Shown here in pieces: positions 29,482 through 39,847 of a DNA stretch of 64,000 nt (within the stretch, counting starts at the first letter, position 1; the number at the start of each line of letters is the position of its first letter). The DNA comes from Candidatus Poribacteria bacterium (lineage in GTDB: Bacteria > Poribacteria > WGA-4E > WGA-3G). Under the pieces are notes generated by a model. The model was given only the letters and a program-made list of their open reading frames with translations, was not told where the DNA came from and did no database searches. The stretch is taken from NCBI GenBank assembly GCA_965205015.1, contig OZ242029.1, forward strand, positions 4,128,001 to 4,192,000, written 5' to 3'. Both the position numbers and the translations under genes were made by a program.

Positions 29482-32052
29482 CTATAGGATACTCGTTGGA
29501 TCGATGTCTATCACAAACTCAATAGCATTCGATTTAATAGCGACGGGTGGCTCGTCAGTTAGGTGCTTAAGGAGTTGACTGATTCTTACAACGGAGTTGC
29601 TTCGAAGTAAAAAGTGCCACCGAAATTTCCCTTCGATTTTCGAGAGGGGTGCTGGGGCGGGACCGAGAATCTCCACCTCGGTCTCGCCGACGTCGTTTGC
29701 TGCCTCATCTAACGGAGCGGTAGGGGGTTGATCTGCTATCCAAACCTGAAGTTGATCTCGGACAGCGTATGCGGCCTCTTCAACCTGTTTTTCGTCCTTG
29801 CCGCGAAGCAGAAGCGTCCCGACATGTGAGAACGGTGGATACTGTAAAACCCCGCGGGCTTCGACCTCCTGCGCATAGAAATTGAGGTAGTCGTGCTTTT
29901 GTGCGGCGGAGATACAGTAGTGTTCAGGCATATAGGTCTGAATGATGACCTTCCCTTCAAGTTCAGCACGTCCAGAACGTCCAGCGACCTGTGTCAACAG
30001 GCTAAACGTCTGCTCACTCGCCCGAAAGTCAGGTAAATTCAAGCTGGTATCCGCGGTGATAACCCCGACAAGTGTGACATTCGGGAAGTCTAAACCCTTT
30101 GACACCATCTGTGTGCCTATCAGGATATCAATCTGCTGCTGCTCAAATGTCTCTAAAATCTGCTGATGTGCGTTTTTCCGTGCTGTTGAATCGGCATCAA
30201 ACCGCTTCACGCGTGCCTGTGGGAACGCTTTCCGTACCTCTTGTTCGACAGCCTCCGTCCCCAACCCAAAATAGCGAATGGCGGGGCTGCTGCACTGTGG
30301 ACAGGTCGGATGCGTCGGACGTTTATCACCACAGTGGTGACAAACGAGGCGTTTCGTCTCAAAGTGAAAAGTCAATGAGATAGAGCAATTTTCGCAGCGT
30401 TCAACATAACCGCAAGTTCGGCAGAAGACATAAGTGGAATGCCCACGTCTGTTAAGAAACAGGATAATTTGCTCTTGCCTTTCCAATCGTTCTTCAATCG
30501 AATTTCGGAGGACATCTGAAAAGATCGTCCTGTTGCCCTTTTTCAATTCAGTCCGCATATCAACGATGTGGACATCGGGCATTTTTCTATTAAGAACGCG
30601 GTCTGGCAGACTGAGAAGCCGATAACGCCCACTTTTCGCACGATGAAAACTCTCAAGGGATGGTGTCGCACTCCCAAGGACGACAGGACAGTTGGCGAGC
30701 TCACCCCGCTTCTGCGCGACATCCCGTGCGTGGTAGCGCGGGACGGTATCCGACTTATAGGAATCCGAATGTTCTTCGTCTATAATCAGCATACCCAGTT
30801 CTTTCACTGGGGCAAAGACGGCAGAACGGGGACCAATCACAATGTCTGCTTCCCCGTTTCGGATACGATGCCACTGATCATAGCGTTCCCCATCGCTCAA
30901 CCGACTGTGCAGTAATGCCACCCGTTCCCCGAATCGCCCAACAAATCGAGAAGCCGCCTGCGGTGTAAGCGATATTTCTGGGACTAATACGATGACAGAT
31001 TTCCCGCTTCCAAGGACTTCTGTCATTGCTTGCATGTAGACCTCGGTTTTTCCGCTTCCCGTTACGCCGTGTAGCAGGAAAGTGGGCGCACGTTCCGCAG
31101 TGGAGGACGCCGCCATCGTCTGGCCGACAAGTCTATTTTGGATCTCCGCGAATGCCATCGATTGTGCAGAATTCAGGTGATGGGGTTGTGTAGCAGTAAT
31201 CGGCTCAGAACCCAAAGGATTCCGAACGGCTTGTGCACGTGTGATATGAAGAAAACCCCGTCTTTCAAGCGTGCGGAGCAGAGAGATACTGGCATTGACG
31301 CGTTTGGTTAAATCGGCTGTCGCCAATGGAACACCTTCGTCAAGCAGGAGGCGCAGTATTTCGGCATGCTTGGCGGCGGCAACGTGCCGACGGTTGCCTG
31401 GGTGCTTACCAGAGGAATTTTCAGAACCGTCCGCCTCGCCCTTGAGTCGATCTATTTCCGCTTCAATATCAGCAGGCGTTAAAGCTAAAGTTGCTACAGA
31501 GGTTAACTGCGTGTTGGCTTTCGGTTTGTGGGTGATATCAAGGCTAACGATACCTTTTTCTTGGAGCGCGGTAATCTTCGGACGGAGGTTTTGGTAACTG
31601 ACCCCCATACGTCGGGCAAGTTGATTCAGAGACAGCTCACCTTCTGCTTCTAAAAGTGCGACGAGTTGCTTTTGCACCTTTCCCCGTGGGGCAGGTGCTC
31701 CCGATAAGAGTTGGACCTTCTGTTCTTTCTGTGTTCGCACAGCAGCGGGCACGGCACAAAAGAGCGAGAGACCCCACGAGCAGACATAATATTCCGCCAT
31801 CCATTTGGTAAGGGCAAGCAGTTCAGTGGAGAACGTCGGGATTTTCTCAAGACAGGTGGAAATATTCTTGATGATGCCGGGGGCGAGATCGGTTTCATCG
31901 AGGCGTTCAACGACAACGCCTTCCTGACGTGTCCCCCGGAAAGGCGCTAACACTCGGGTTCCGAGTTGTAAAGCGGCATCCATCTGCGGCGGCACACCGT
32001 AGGTGAAGACTTGATCGACCGATAGCGGAAAAGCAATATTCGCGTAACGCAT
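29482..32052 (-). CDS. priA: Primosomal protein N'
   Basis: HGVTGSGKTEVY, VPEISLTPQ, DEEH, four CxxC motifs, QVAGRSGR. Confidence 0.97.
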   Translation of the reverse strand: MRYANIAFPLSVDQVFTYGVPPQMDAALQLGTRVLAPFRGTRQEGVVVERLDETDLAPGIIKNISTCLEKIPTFSTELLALTKWMAEYYVCSWGLSLFCAVPAAVRTQKEQKVQLLSGAPAPRGKVQKQLVALLEAEGELSLNQLARRMGVSYQNLRPKITALQEKGIVSLDITHKPKANTQLTSVATLALTPADIEAEIDRLKGEADGSENSSGKHPGNRRHVAAAKHAEILRLLLDEGVPLATADLTKRVNASISLLRTLERRGFLHITRAQAVRNPLGSEPITATQPHHLNSAQSMAFAEIQNRLVGQTMAASSTAERAPTFLLHGVTGSGKTEVYMQAMTEVLGSGKSVIVLVPEISLTPQAASRFVGRFGERVALLHSRLSDGERYDQWHRIRNGEADIVIGPRSAVFAPVKELGMLIIDEEHSDSYKSDTVPRYHARDVAQKRGELANCPVVLGSATPSLESFHRAKSGRYRLLSLPDRVLNRKMPDVHIVDMRTELKKGNRTIFSDVLRNSIEERLERQEQIILFLNRRGHSTYVFCRTCGYVERCENCSISLTFHFETKRLVCHHCGDKRPTHPTCPQCSSPAIRYFGLGTEAVEQEVRKAFPQARVKRFDADSTARKNAHQQILETFEQQQIDILIGTQMVSKGLDFPNVTLVGVITADTSLNLPDFRASEQTFSLLTQVAGRSGRAELEGKVIIQTYMPEHYCISAAQKHDYLNFYAQEVEARGVLQYPPFSHVGTLLLRGKDEKQVEEAAYAVRDQLQVWIADQPPTAPLDEAANDVGETEVEILGPAPAPLSKIEGKFRWHFLLRSNSVVRISQLLKHLTDEPPVAIKSNAIEFVIDIDPTSIL

Positions 32053-32092
32053 AGTTTTTTATAGCCATCAGTTGACTACGGACACTCTTTTC

Positions 32093-32812
32093 TTATCCGT
32101 CTGCTAAAAAAGCAAGCACCTTTTTGACATCTTCCCATACCTCAGCTTTACCCTTCGGGTTTCTGAGGAGATATGCCGGGTGATACGTCGGCATGATGAC
32201 TGGCGGTTGCCTATGTGGAAGGACGCGGAGTCCTGACACATTACACGGATGGAATTCCCCGCGAAGTCTTGTAATACCGGTTTTGGTATCCAGCAACATC
32301 TGTGCCGCAAAACTTCCGAGTGCCATAATCACCTTCGGTTGAACGAGCTCTATCTGACGCACTAAATAGGGACTACAGGTTTCGACCTCATCGGGGGCAG
32401 GATTCCTGTTACCGGGGGGACGACACTTAAGCACATTCGCGATATAGACATCCTCGCGCTTAAGTTGCATCCCGTCCTCAATAATGCGCGTCAACAACTG
32501 ACCGGCTCTACCGACAAAGGGTTCTCCCTGTTGATCTTCATCAGCACCGGGGGCTTCACCGATGAACATAAGGTCGGCTTCCGGGTTGCCAACACCAAAA
32601 ACGACACTGTGCCGTGTCTCGTGCAATGAACATTTGGTGCAATCTGCGGCATCGGTAGCCAGCGTAGGGAGGTCGAAGTTCGCATAGGGCGATTCTTGTT
32701 CTGGCTCGTTGAGTTCTGATTCCATGAAACCGAGTTGGAGTTGTTCTTCCACGTATTCCCTCACATTTGCTACGAGTTCTACATACTCTTTTTTGAGACG
32801 ATCTCTGTCCAT
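32093..32812 (-). CDS. Uracil-DNA glycosylase family 4
   Basis: [37 protein letters not shown]. Confidence 0.93.
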   Translation of the reverse strand: MDRDRLKKEYVELVANVREYVEEQLQLGFMESELNEPEQESPYANFDLPTLATDAADCTKCSLHETRHSVVFGVGNPEADLMFIGEAPGADEDQQGEPFVGRAGQLLTRIIEDGMQLKREDVYIANVLKCRPPGNRNPAPDEVETCSPYLVRQIELVQPKVIMALGSFAAQMLLDTKTGITRLRGEFHPCNVSGLRVLPHRQPPVIMPTYHPAYLLRNPKGKAEVWEDVKKVLAFLADG

Positions 32813-33003
32813 TTTTTAGTTATTATGGTAGCGTTGCGGGCAGCCACAAGGGCAGCCCCTACAAGATGTCTACTTATTTTTAGGGTCCACCATAGTTCTC
32901 GGTTTGCCTCGCAGTGAGAGTTGTCAGTCACAAGCGGTTGCTTCTAAACCAAAATCTCTACAATCGCGAGCACAGCTCGCTCCTACAACTGATGATTCTT
33001 CTA

Positions 33004-34692
33004 CTAATTGCGCAGATCGTGAATCAGGGATATACTATCGAACCAAGTGATGTACAGGAAGAGCGCAATCAGGAGAACGATACAAACCTGTTGAACAAGT
33101 TCTTGTGCTTTCCGAGGCATAGGTCTGCCGCGGATCTTCTCGACAGCAAAAAACAGTAATTGACCGCCGTCCGCGATTGGGATCGGCAACAGATTGACGA
33201 TGCAAAGATTGATACTAATAAATCCAATAAAAAAGAGAAAACTACCCAATCCGACCCGGTCAAACATACGACTCGTGATGTTCGCGATACCGACTGGACC
33301 GGTAAGCTGCTTCGGTGAGACATCTCCACCTACCAAGCGTTCCAATATCTTGCCGACGGCTGTAAATGTCAACCATGTCGCTTCAACCCCTTTTTCGAAA
33401 CTTGTAAAAAAGTTATAGTCCGGCAAGGGTGCCGTTTTTGCATCGAATTCCATTCCACTCAAAGAGGTTTGCCACGCCAATCCGAAAGGTGCGCTCTCGG
33501 TATCTGTTTCTGAACTTTGTGTTTCCGCTGCGAGGATTACTTTTTTTAGGCTTCCATTGTGCACCACGTCGATTTCAATCGATCCGCCTGCCATTTTCTT
33601 GAGTTCCGAATAGAGCGTTGCATTGTCTATTGGCGTTCCGTTAAGAGCAACAAGCACATCTCCATCGTGGATGCCAGCATTTTGGGCAATGCTGTCCTCT
33701 TGGACACTTGCTTTGACGTGCCAACGTACCGGTAGTTCAAGTGTGCGTGTCTCATCACCACGGCGAATACCGAGGGTCAAGGCTTCCTGATTTCCGTTAA
33801 TACGTTGATACAGTCCCTGATACTTCTCATTTCGCCAGTCTTCGGAAGCGTGCCAGACACCGTATCCAAAATACGGGACGTTGTGGAGTTTCTCGCCGTT
33901 GATACTCTCAATTTGGTCGCCGACTTGGATTCCAGCTTGTGCAGCGGGACTCCCTGCTTCGACGTGACTGACGATTGTTTCGGTTCTACTACTCACTTGA
34001 ATCACACCTATATCGCCCCTCACACTCGGCTCAGCATTGGGCTTAACAGAGAGGATCTTGCGTTCATCGTTCCGTTCTACCAGGAGTTCAAGCGGTTTAT
34101 TTGCACTGGTGACAACCCATGTTTGGAACATCATCCAATGGCTAACCGGGTCTCCATTGACAGAAATGACTGTATCCCCAGGCATCAGCCCACCCCTTGC
34201 GCCGGGTCCATCATCATTGATCCAACCGATCTGAATTGTCTCTTTTTCACTGAGCGGTAAGTCTGTTAATCCACCGATTAACCGAGCAGAATCTGTATTA
34301 ATCCCGGTAGCAAAAACAAGCCAATATATCAACACGCCAAATAAGAGATTAACCGCGGGTCCCGCGGCGACGACCAAGGCGCGACTGCCGAGGGGGGCAC
34401 TCGCGAATTCACCGGGAGCCCCGGTTTGCTCGGTTGGACTTTCCCCCTCCATTTGAACATAACCGCCAAACGGCAATAGTGAGATTCTATAATCTGTTTC
34501 GTCTCGCTGAAATCCGATGAGTTTCGGGCCGAAACCGAGGGAGAAGGTGTTCACCTTAATACCACACCGTTTCGCGGCATAAAAATGACCGAGTTCATGA
34601 ATGAAAATGAGAAACCCGAGAGGAATAATCGCCAGAAATGCGGTTTTTATGTACGGAAGTATGGAGCTAATCAGACCGACAAAAAATTCCAT
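33004..34692 (-). CDS. rseP: RIP metalloprotease with PDZ domains
   Basis: IHELGHF, PFGGYV, AGPAVN, NLLPIPIADGG. Confidence 0.93.
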   Translation of the reverse strand: MEFFVGLISSILPYIKTAFLAIIPLGFLIFIHELGHFYAAKRCGIKVNTFSLGFGPKLIGFQRDETDYRISLLPFGGYVQMEGESPTEQTGAPGEFASAPLGSRALVVAAGPAVNLLFGVLIYWLVFATGINTDSARLIGGLTDLPLSEKETIQIGWINDDGPGARGGLMPGDTVISVNGDPVSHWMMFQTWVVTSANKPLELLVERNDERKILSVKPNAEPSVRGDIGVIQVSSRTETIVSHVEAGSPAAQAGIQVGDQIESINGEKLHNVPYFGYGVWHASEDWRNEKYQGLYQRINGNQEALTLGIRRGDETRTLELPVRWHVKASVQEDSIAQNAGIHDGDVLVALNGTPIDNATLYSELKKMAGGSIEIDVVHNGSLKKVILAAETQSSETDTESAPFGLAWQTSLSGMEFDAKTAPLPDYNFFTSFEKGVEATWLTFTAVGKILERLVGGDVSPKQLTGPVGIANITSRMFDRVGLGSFLFFIGFISINLCIVNLLPIPIADGGQLLFFAVEKIRGRPMPRKAQELVQQVCIVLLIALFLYITWFDSISLIHDLRN

Positions 34693-34752
34693 GATGTTTG
34701 TTCCCTCTTTTTTTTAGGGAGACAGGTACAAGACCCGTTCCTACGAAGTTTA

Positions 34753-35925
34753 TTAAATCGTGTGATATTTTTTTATTATTGAACGTGTTGTTGATTTTGC
34801 CCACCGGTCAACCTCAAGGATATCCGAAAGTGTTGGATCCGCGATTACCTGATGCGTATCCATCACACGCGCAAGGATCGCAGGAATATCCATAAATCCG
34901 ATGCGTGTATCAAGAAAAGCCTCCACGACCACTTCATCTGCGCTACTGAGCACGACAGGGAGTGTGCCGCCGACATCTGCAGCCGTGTAAGCAAGCGAGA
35001 GGCATGGAAATTTCTCAAAGTCCGCCGGTTCAAAGTGTAGTGTGCGTGCTTCCATTAAATCCAAGCGTGGCACTGGTGCCGAAAGTCTACGCGGATAGGT
35101 TAAAGCGTATTGGATCATAATACGCATATCTGTGGGACCGAGTTGGGCGAGTGTGGAGCCATCTGCCCATTCCACCATGGAATGGACAATACTCTCTGGA
35201 TGGACGACGACCTCGATTTTTGAAAGTTCGATATCGAACAACCATTTCGCCTCAATGACCTCCAGTCCCTTGTTCATCATCGTCGCGGAGTCGATTGTAA
35301 TTTTCTGTCCCATCTTCCAATTCGGGTGTTGAAGGGCTTGCTGCGGCGTGACGGCATACAGTACTTCTTTGGGCACCTCTCGAAAGGGTCCACCTGACGC
35401 GGTAATCAGGAGTCGATGGATATCTGCCTGTTGATCGCGCGCGCCCTCCAAGCATTGGAAAATGGCACTCATTTCACCATCTATGGGTATTAAGTTAACA
35501 CCGTTTTTTTCGACCGCTGCGTTAACAAGAGGGCCTGCCATCACCATAACCTCTTTATTAACAAAAGCGATGTCCTTGCCGGCGTTAATTGCTGCCAAGG
35601 TCGGCAGCAAACCCGCAGTTCCGCCCATTCCATCCAAGACTTGGGACGCTTGCGGCATTGTCGCTACGGCTTGAAGCCCCTCGGTACCTGCGAGTACTTG
35701 TGTGCAGTTGATATCTCGGATCCGGTCTCGGAGTTCTGACGCCGCTGTGGGTTCATTTAAAGCCACCAATGTAGGACGATACTGTCGAATCTGTTGTTCA
35801 AGGGTATCGACGTCTCGGTTTGCCGCGAGGCCGACGACCTTAAATTCGTCAGCATGCGTTTCAACAACACTGAGAGTGTTCTTTCCAATAGAGCCCGTGC
35901 TACCGAGTATGGCGATATGCTTCAT
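34753..35925 (-). CDS. dxr: 1-deoxy-D-xylulose 5-phosphate reductoisomerase
   Basis: ILGSTGSIG, ITASGGPF, HPNWKMGQKITIDSATMMNKGLE; start at MKHIAILG. Confidence 0.95.
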   Translation of the reverse strand: MKHIAILGSTGSIGKNTLSVVETHADEFKVVGLAANRDVDTLEQQIRQYRPTLVALNEPTAASELRDRIRDINCTQVLAGTEGLQAVATMPQASQVLDGMGGTAGLLPTLAAINAGKDIAFVNKEVMVMAGPLVNAAVEKNGVNLIPIDGEMSAIFQCLEGARDQQADIHRLLITASGGPFREVPKEVLYAVTPQQALQHPNWKMGQKITIDSATMMNKGLEVIEAKWLFDIELSKIEVVVHPESIVHSMVEWADGSTLAQLGPTDMRIMIQYALTYPRRLSAPVPRLDLMEARTLHFEPADFEKFPCLSLAYTAADVGGTLPVVLSSADEVVVEAFLDTRIGFMDIPAILARVMDTHQVIADPTLSDILEVDRWAKSTTRSIIKKYHTI

Positions 35926-36057
35926 TTTTTGTGGTTGTCGGTTATCGGTTCGCCTGCTGCGCAGGCTTTCAGCCGTCGGTTCCAAGAGCGTTTTGCTAAA
36001 CGATACCCCCTTAACCGACTCCCGAAAGGGTTGCGTAGCAACCCGCACCGAGAACCC

Positions 36058-36888
36058 TCAAAAGTGTCCCGTTAGTGCCAAGTAGTAATAGAGCACAGGT
36101 GTGCTAAAAATTAGGCTGTCGCACCTATCAATGAATCCGCCGTGTCCAGGGATAACGTGTCCGGAATCCTTAACACCGGCGGTTCGCTTCATCAGAGAGG
36201 CACTGAGATCCCCAAGTTGACCTAAGACGCTCAGGAGCAATCCAATAAAGACGGCGTGCCCCCAAGAGAGTGTTCCTTTCAGAAGGATTGCACTCAGCAG
36301 GAAACTCGTCAAAGTGCCGACAACCAATCCACCAATCGTTCCTTCAATTGTTTTTCGTGGACTGACCGGCGTGCCGAGTTTGTGTTTACCGAACGCTCTG
36401 CCAACGAGATACGCCCCGGTATCGCTACACCAAATGATGCCCGCCAATAGAAAAATCAGTTGCCTACCGATCGGTTCCACATTTCGGAGTAAGATGAGAT
36501 GATAGCCTAATGCCCAACCGATAGTTAAAATACCGGTGAGTTTGAGTGTGACAGCGAGCAATTCGCCAGCGACCTTCGCCCGAAAAATACTTTCTGCGAA
36601 AATATAAATGAATACGAAGGTAAAGTAGCTGAATATTACCGTTGAGGCAGACGTTGTCCGTGTGAGTACAGGCAAAAAATACGCGAACAAACAGAACACA
36701 CCTGACAAGAGTGCCGGCATCACTGGATTCAATTTTTCCGTGAAGTGCTGTGCTAAACGACAGTACTCAACTTGCATCATCACCACGGCGACAGATACAA
36801 GTATCAGATAGAGCCAATCCCCCCTATAAACAATGAGGAGGACTAACGGCGCCAGCACAACCACACTCAAGGCTCGCCGCCAAAACAT
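36058..36888 (-). CDS. cdsA: Phosphatidate cytidylyltransferase
   Basis: SDTGAY, SPRKTIEG, KRTAGVKDSG, PGHGGFIDRCD. Confidence 0.95.
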   Translation of the reverse strand: MFWRRALSVVVLAPLVLLIVYRGDWLYLILVSVAVVMMQVEYCRLAQHFTEKLNPVMPALLSGVFCLFAYFLPVLTRTTSASTVIFSYFTFVFIYIFAESIFRAKVAGELLAVTLKLTGILTIGWALGYHLILLRNVEPIGRQLIFLLAGIIWCSDTGAYLVGRAFGKHKLGTPVSPRKTIEGTIGGLVVGTLTSFLLSAILLKGTLSWGHAVFIGLLLSVLGQLGDLSASLMKRTAGVKDSGHVIPGHGGFIDRCDSLIFSTPVLYYYLALTGHF

Positions 36889-36896
36889 ATTTTTTC

Positions 36897-36993
36897 GTAG
36901 TTAACAGTCTTCGGTTAACAGTTAACAGTTAAAAGAGGGTAAAGTTCAACGAAACCCTTTTAACTGACAACTGATAACTGACAACTGACAACT
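36897..36993. repeat. Intergenic hairpin element with heptamer tandem repeats (GTTAACA / AACTGAC)
   Basis: Opposed heptamer arrays around a short core; similar elements at 28185-28320, 37787-37886 and 38520-38643. Confidence 0.65.
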
Positions 36994-36998
36994 ATTCC

Positions 36999-37586
36999 TC
37001 AAGTTTCTAATAATTCAGATTCTTTCGCCTCCGTCAGCTCGCTAATCTGGTCGATGTACTTATCCGTGAGCTGCTGAACGGGATCCGCGCTTGCTTTCCC
37101 ACGCTTCTTATCGCCGCCACGTCCTCTGCTTTTACCGCCGCCGCTACCCGTATCACCATCGGCTTTTTTAACGGCTTCGTTGGCATCGCGTCGGATATTC
37201 CGAATTGCCACTTTCCCTTCTTCAGCGAGTTTACGCACGACCTTCGTTAGTTCGGTCCTGCGCTCCAATGTGAGTTCGGGGACTTGGATTCGGATAACGT
37301 TCCCGTCATTGTTCGTCGAGAGTCCCAAATCCGAGTGGGCGATTGCTTTTTCAATTTCTGTAATTAGGGTTTTGTCCCAAGGTTGAATGACAAGCAGCCG
37401 CGGTTCAGGGGTGGTAATCGTGCCGACTTGACTCAACGGACTTTTGCTACCGTAATAAGTAACACTGACCTGATCCAAGAGTGCCGGTGTCGCACGCCCT
37501 GTTTGTACATGCGACAATTTCGCCGCTGTCGCTTCGACTGTCTTCTTCATCCGGGACTCAGTCTGTTGAAGAATCTGCTGTTGCAT
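36999..37586 (-). CDS. frr: Ribosome recycling factor
   Basis: TGRATPALLD, IQPWD, IRIQVPELTLERR, VAIRNIRRDAN; start at MQQQILQQ. Confidence 0.95.
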   Translation of the reverse strand: MQQQILQQTESRMKKTVEATAAKLSHVQTGRATPALLDQVSVTYYGSKSPLSQVGTITTPEPRLLVIQPWDKTLITEIEKAIAHSDLGLSTNNDGNVIRIQVPELTLERRTELTKVVRKLAEEGKVAIRNIRRDANEAVKKADGDTGSGGGKSRGRGGDKKRGKASADPVQQLTDKYIDQISELTEAKESELLET

Positions 37587-37909
37587 CTGATATTTCCCTA
37601 TAAGACATCGCGAACGCCTATACAGCAATAAGAGGAACCGCCGAGGGTCCCATGACAGTTGGCTGCAAAGGGTCGCGATGGAAGAAGTGCTTTTCTCTTT
37701 TCAGTTCGTATGATTCAGTCCACCCGTAGCCTCGAACGTGAAACTACGCGTGTCATCTATACACAAACCATCACACCATAGAAAGGTTGTCAGCATATTG
37801 GCTTTCAGAAACCTTCAGTTAAGAGGTTTTCGATTAACAGAACCCGCTTGTAACTGACGGCTGCCCGCCATTCTGCTGATCGCTATTCACTATAAATGGT
37901 TCTGTATCT

Positions 37910-38503
37910 TTATTGTCCAAGTACGTAGAGCACAAAACGTTTGACGACAATATTCTCACCCAATTGGGCGATTGCGTCCTTTACGAGACTCTCAATAGTC
38001 TTGTCTGAATCTCGGATATAAGGCTGCTGTAAGAGACAGGTCTCCGTATAGTATTTAGAGATTCGCCCTTCAACAATCCTTTCAGCGATGTGCGCGGGTT
38101 TACCCTCTTGCTCGGCTTGTGCTTTCAGAATGGCTTTCTCGGATTCCAGATCTTCGGCAGGTACATCTTCCGCTTTAATATATTTCGGTTTTGCGGCTGC
38201 GACCTGCATCGCGATCTCTTTTGCCAATTTTTGGAATTGCTCTGTTCGCGCAACGAAATCGGTTTCGCAATTGAGTTCGACCAAGGTGCCGACACGGCTA
38301 CCGGGATGGATATAAGAAACAATCAATCCTTCTTCTGTCGCTCGACCGCCTTTGATTTCGGAAGCTTTCAATCCCTGCTCCCGTAATTTCTGAATTGCTT
38401 CGTCAATATTTCCGTTCGTTTCAGTTAGCGCCTTTTTGCAGTCCATAATCCCTGCCCCCGTGCGCGAACGGAGGTCGCTAACAAGCTTTGCTGTAATTGC
38501 CAT
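37910..38503 (-). CDS. tsf: Elongation factor Ts (short form)
   Basis: LRSRTGAGIMDCKKAL, ELNCETDFVA; RBS AAGGAGG. Confidence 0.97.
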   Translation of the reverse strand: MAITAKLVSDLRSRTGAGIMDCKKALTETNGNIDEAIQKLREQGLKASEIKGGRATEEGLIVSYIHPGSRVGTLVELNCETDFVARTEQFQKLAKEIAMQVAAAKPKYIKAEDVPAEDLESEKAILKAQAEQEGKPAHIAERIVEGRISKYYTETCLLQQPYIRDSDKTIESLVKDAIAQLGENIVVKRFVLYVLGQ

Positions 38504-38645
38504 TTATCCTCCTTTTATTTAGCCATCAGCCGTCAGCCTTCGGAAACCGTCAGTTTTTGGAAACTTTCGAACCCAACAGGAAACGGATGACACATCAAAA
38601 ACCGCTTTACTGACGGAAACCGATAACCGATGGCTGATTGCCAAT

Positions 38646-39551
38646 TTATTGAGATTGTCGCCGAGGCGGTCTTCTTCTCTGTCGTTGACGTGGCGCCCGT
38701 GCCTGACGCTGTTCTCCATCGCCAATCGCCTCTGGCTCTGCGGACAGTTGTGCTTCTTCCAGAATTGCGGCACTTTCTTCCTCATGCCTTTCCACTTCAA
38801 GCATAGCGTCTACTTGTGCTACAGTCGCTGCGGGCTGCTCTGCTTCCGTTGCGACCTCTTCGCCTTCTAACGCATCTCCCCTGCCATTAATGACTGCATC
38901 GGATAAGACAGTGCAGATGAGACGAATCGAACGGATCGCGTCATCGTTCCCTGGAACCGGCAAATCAATCGGATCAGGGTCGCAGTTGGTATCAACGATA
39001 GCGATGATTGGAATGCCGAGTTTGTTTGCCTCTGCGATCGCTGTATGCTCTTTCCGTGTATCGGTAACAACGACGGCTTCGGGGAGCCTTTTCATCTCTC
39101 TGACCCCACTCAGGTTGCTGTCGAGTTTGCCTTTCTCACGTCGCAGACGCATGACTTCTTTTTTCGGCATCTGATCAAAAAGTCCATTGGTTTCATCTGC
39201 ATCCAGTTTATCCAACCGGTTGACGCTCCGACGGATGGTTTGGAAATTCGTCAGCATACCGCCAAGCCACCGATGATTTACATGATACATACCACATCGG
39301 ACAGCCTCGCCTCGCACGGCTTCTTGGGATTGTCGTTTCGTTCCGACAAATAGCACACCCCCGCCCTTTGCGGCGATCTCTTCAACGAACTGCGCGGCGG
39401 TTTCGAGCATACGTAGCGTCTTTTGCAAATCAATAATATAAATCCCGTTTCGTTCGGCGAAGATGTACTCTGCCATCTTCGGATTCCAACGACGGGTTTG
39501 ATGTCCGAAGTGAACTCCACATTCAAGGAGCTCTTTCATTGTAACTGCCAA
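38646..39551 (-). CDS. rpsB: 30S ribosomal protein S2
   Basis: [39 protein letters not shown]; TTG start after AGGAGG. Confidence 0.97.
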   Translation of the reverse strand: MAVTMKELLECGVHFGHQTRRWNPKMAEYIFAERNGIYIIDLQKTLRMLETAAQFVEEIAAKGGGVLFVGTKRQSQEAVRGEAVRCGMYHVNHRWLGGMLTNFQTIRRSVNRLDKLDADETNGLFDQMPKKEVMRLRREKGKLDSNLSGVREMKRLPEAVVVTDTRKEHTAIAEANKLGIPIIAIVDTNCDPDPIDLPVPGNDDAIRSIRLICTVLSDAVINGRGDALEGEEVATEAEQPAATVAQVDAMLEVERHEEESAAILEEAQLSAEPEAIGDGEQRQARAPRQRQRRRPPRRQSQ

Positions 39552-39680
39552 AAAAACCTCCTAAGTTCGCGAGGGCAACCTCGCCCCCACTGGGTTTTCG
39601 CGTCCACCTCTTTCATATCTGCATCAGACTCCCAACACGAGAGAACCCGCTGTGCAAATCGAGAGGTGTGTTTTATCCAG
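39552..39680 (-). promoter_or_regulatory. Putative S2 (rpsB) autoregulatory leader
   Basis: Minus strand ACACACCTCT...AGAGGTGGA...AAACCC arrangement resembles rpsB leaders. Confidence 0.5.
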
Positions 39681-39847
39681 TATTGATTGTGTAACTCCCG
39701 ATGAACGTCTTTCATCAGAATTGATGTAAATATTTTACCACAGAAACGATTGAATTTCAAGTATTTATAACACACGTCTGAACTGAGGTCAAGAAAATTG
39801 TAGATTCGGGATAGGTTCTGTGATATAAAACAGGTGGAGGGACACAG

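Noticed and set aside
35926-36048. N-terminal extension of Dxr in the ORF track
   Set aside because: It translates an intergenic repeat; homology starts at MKHIAILG.
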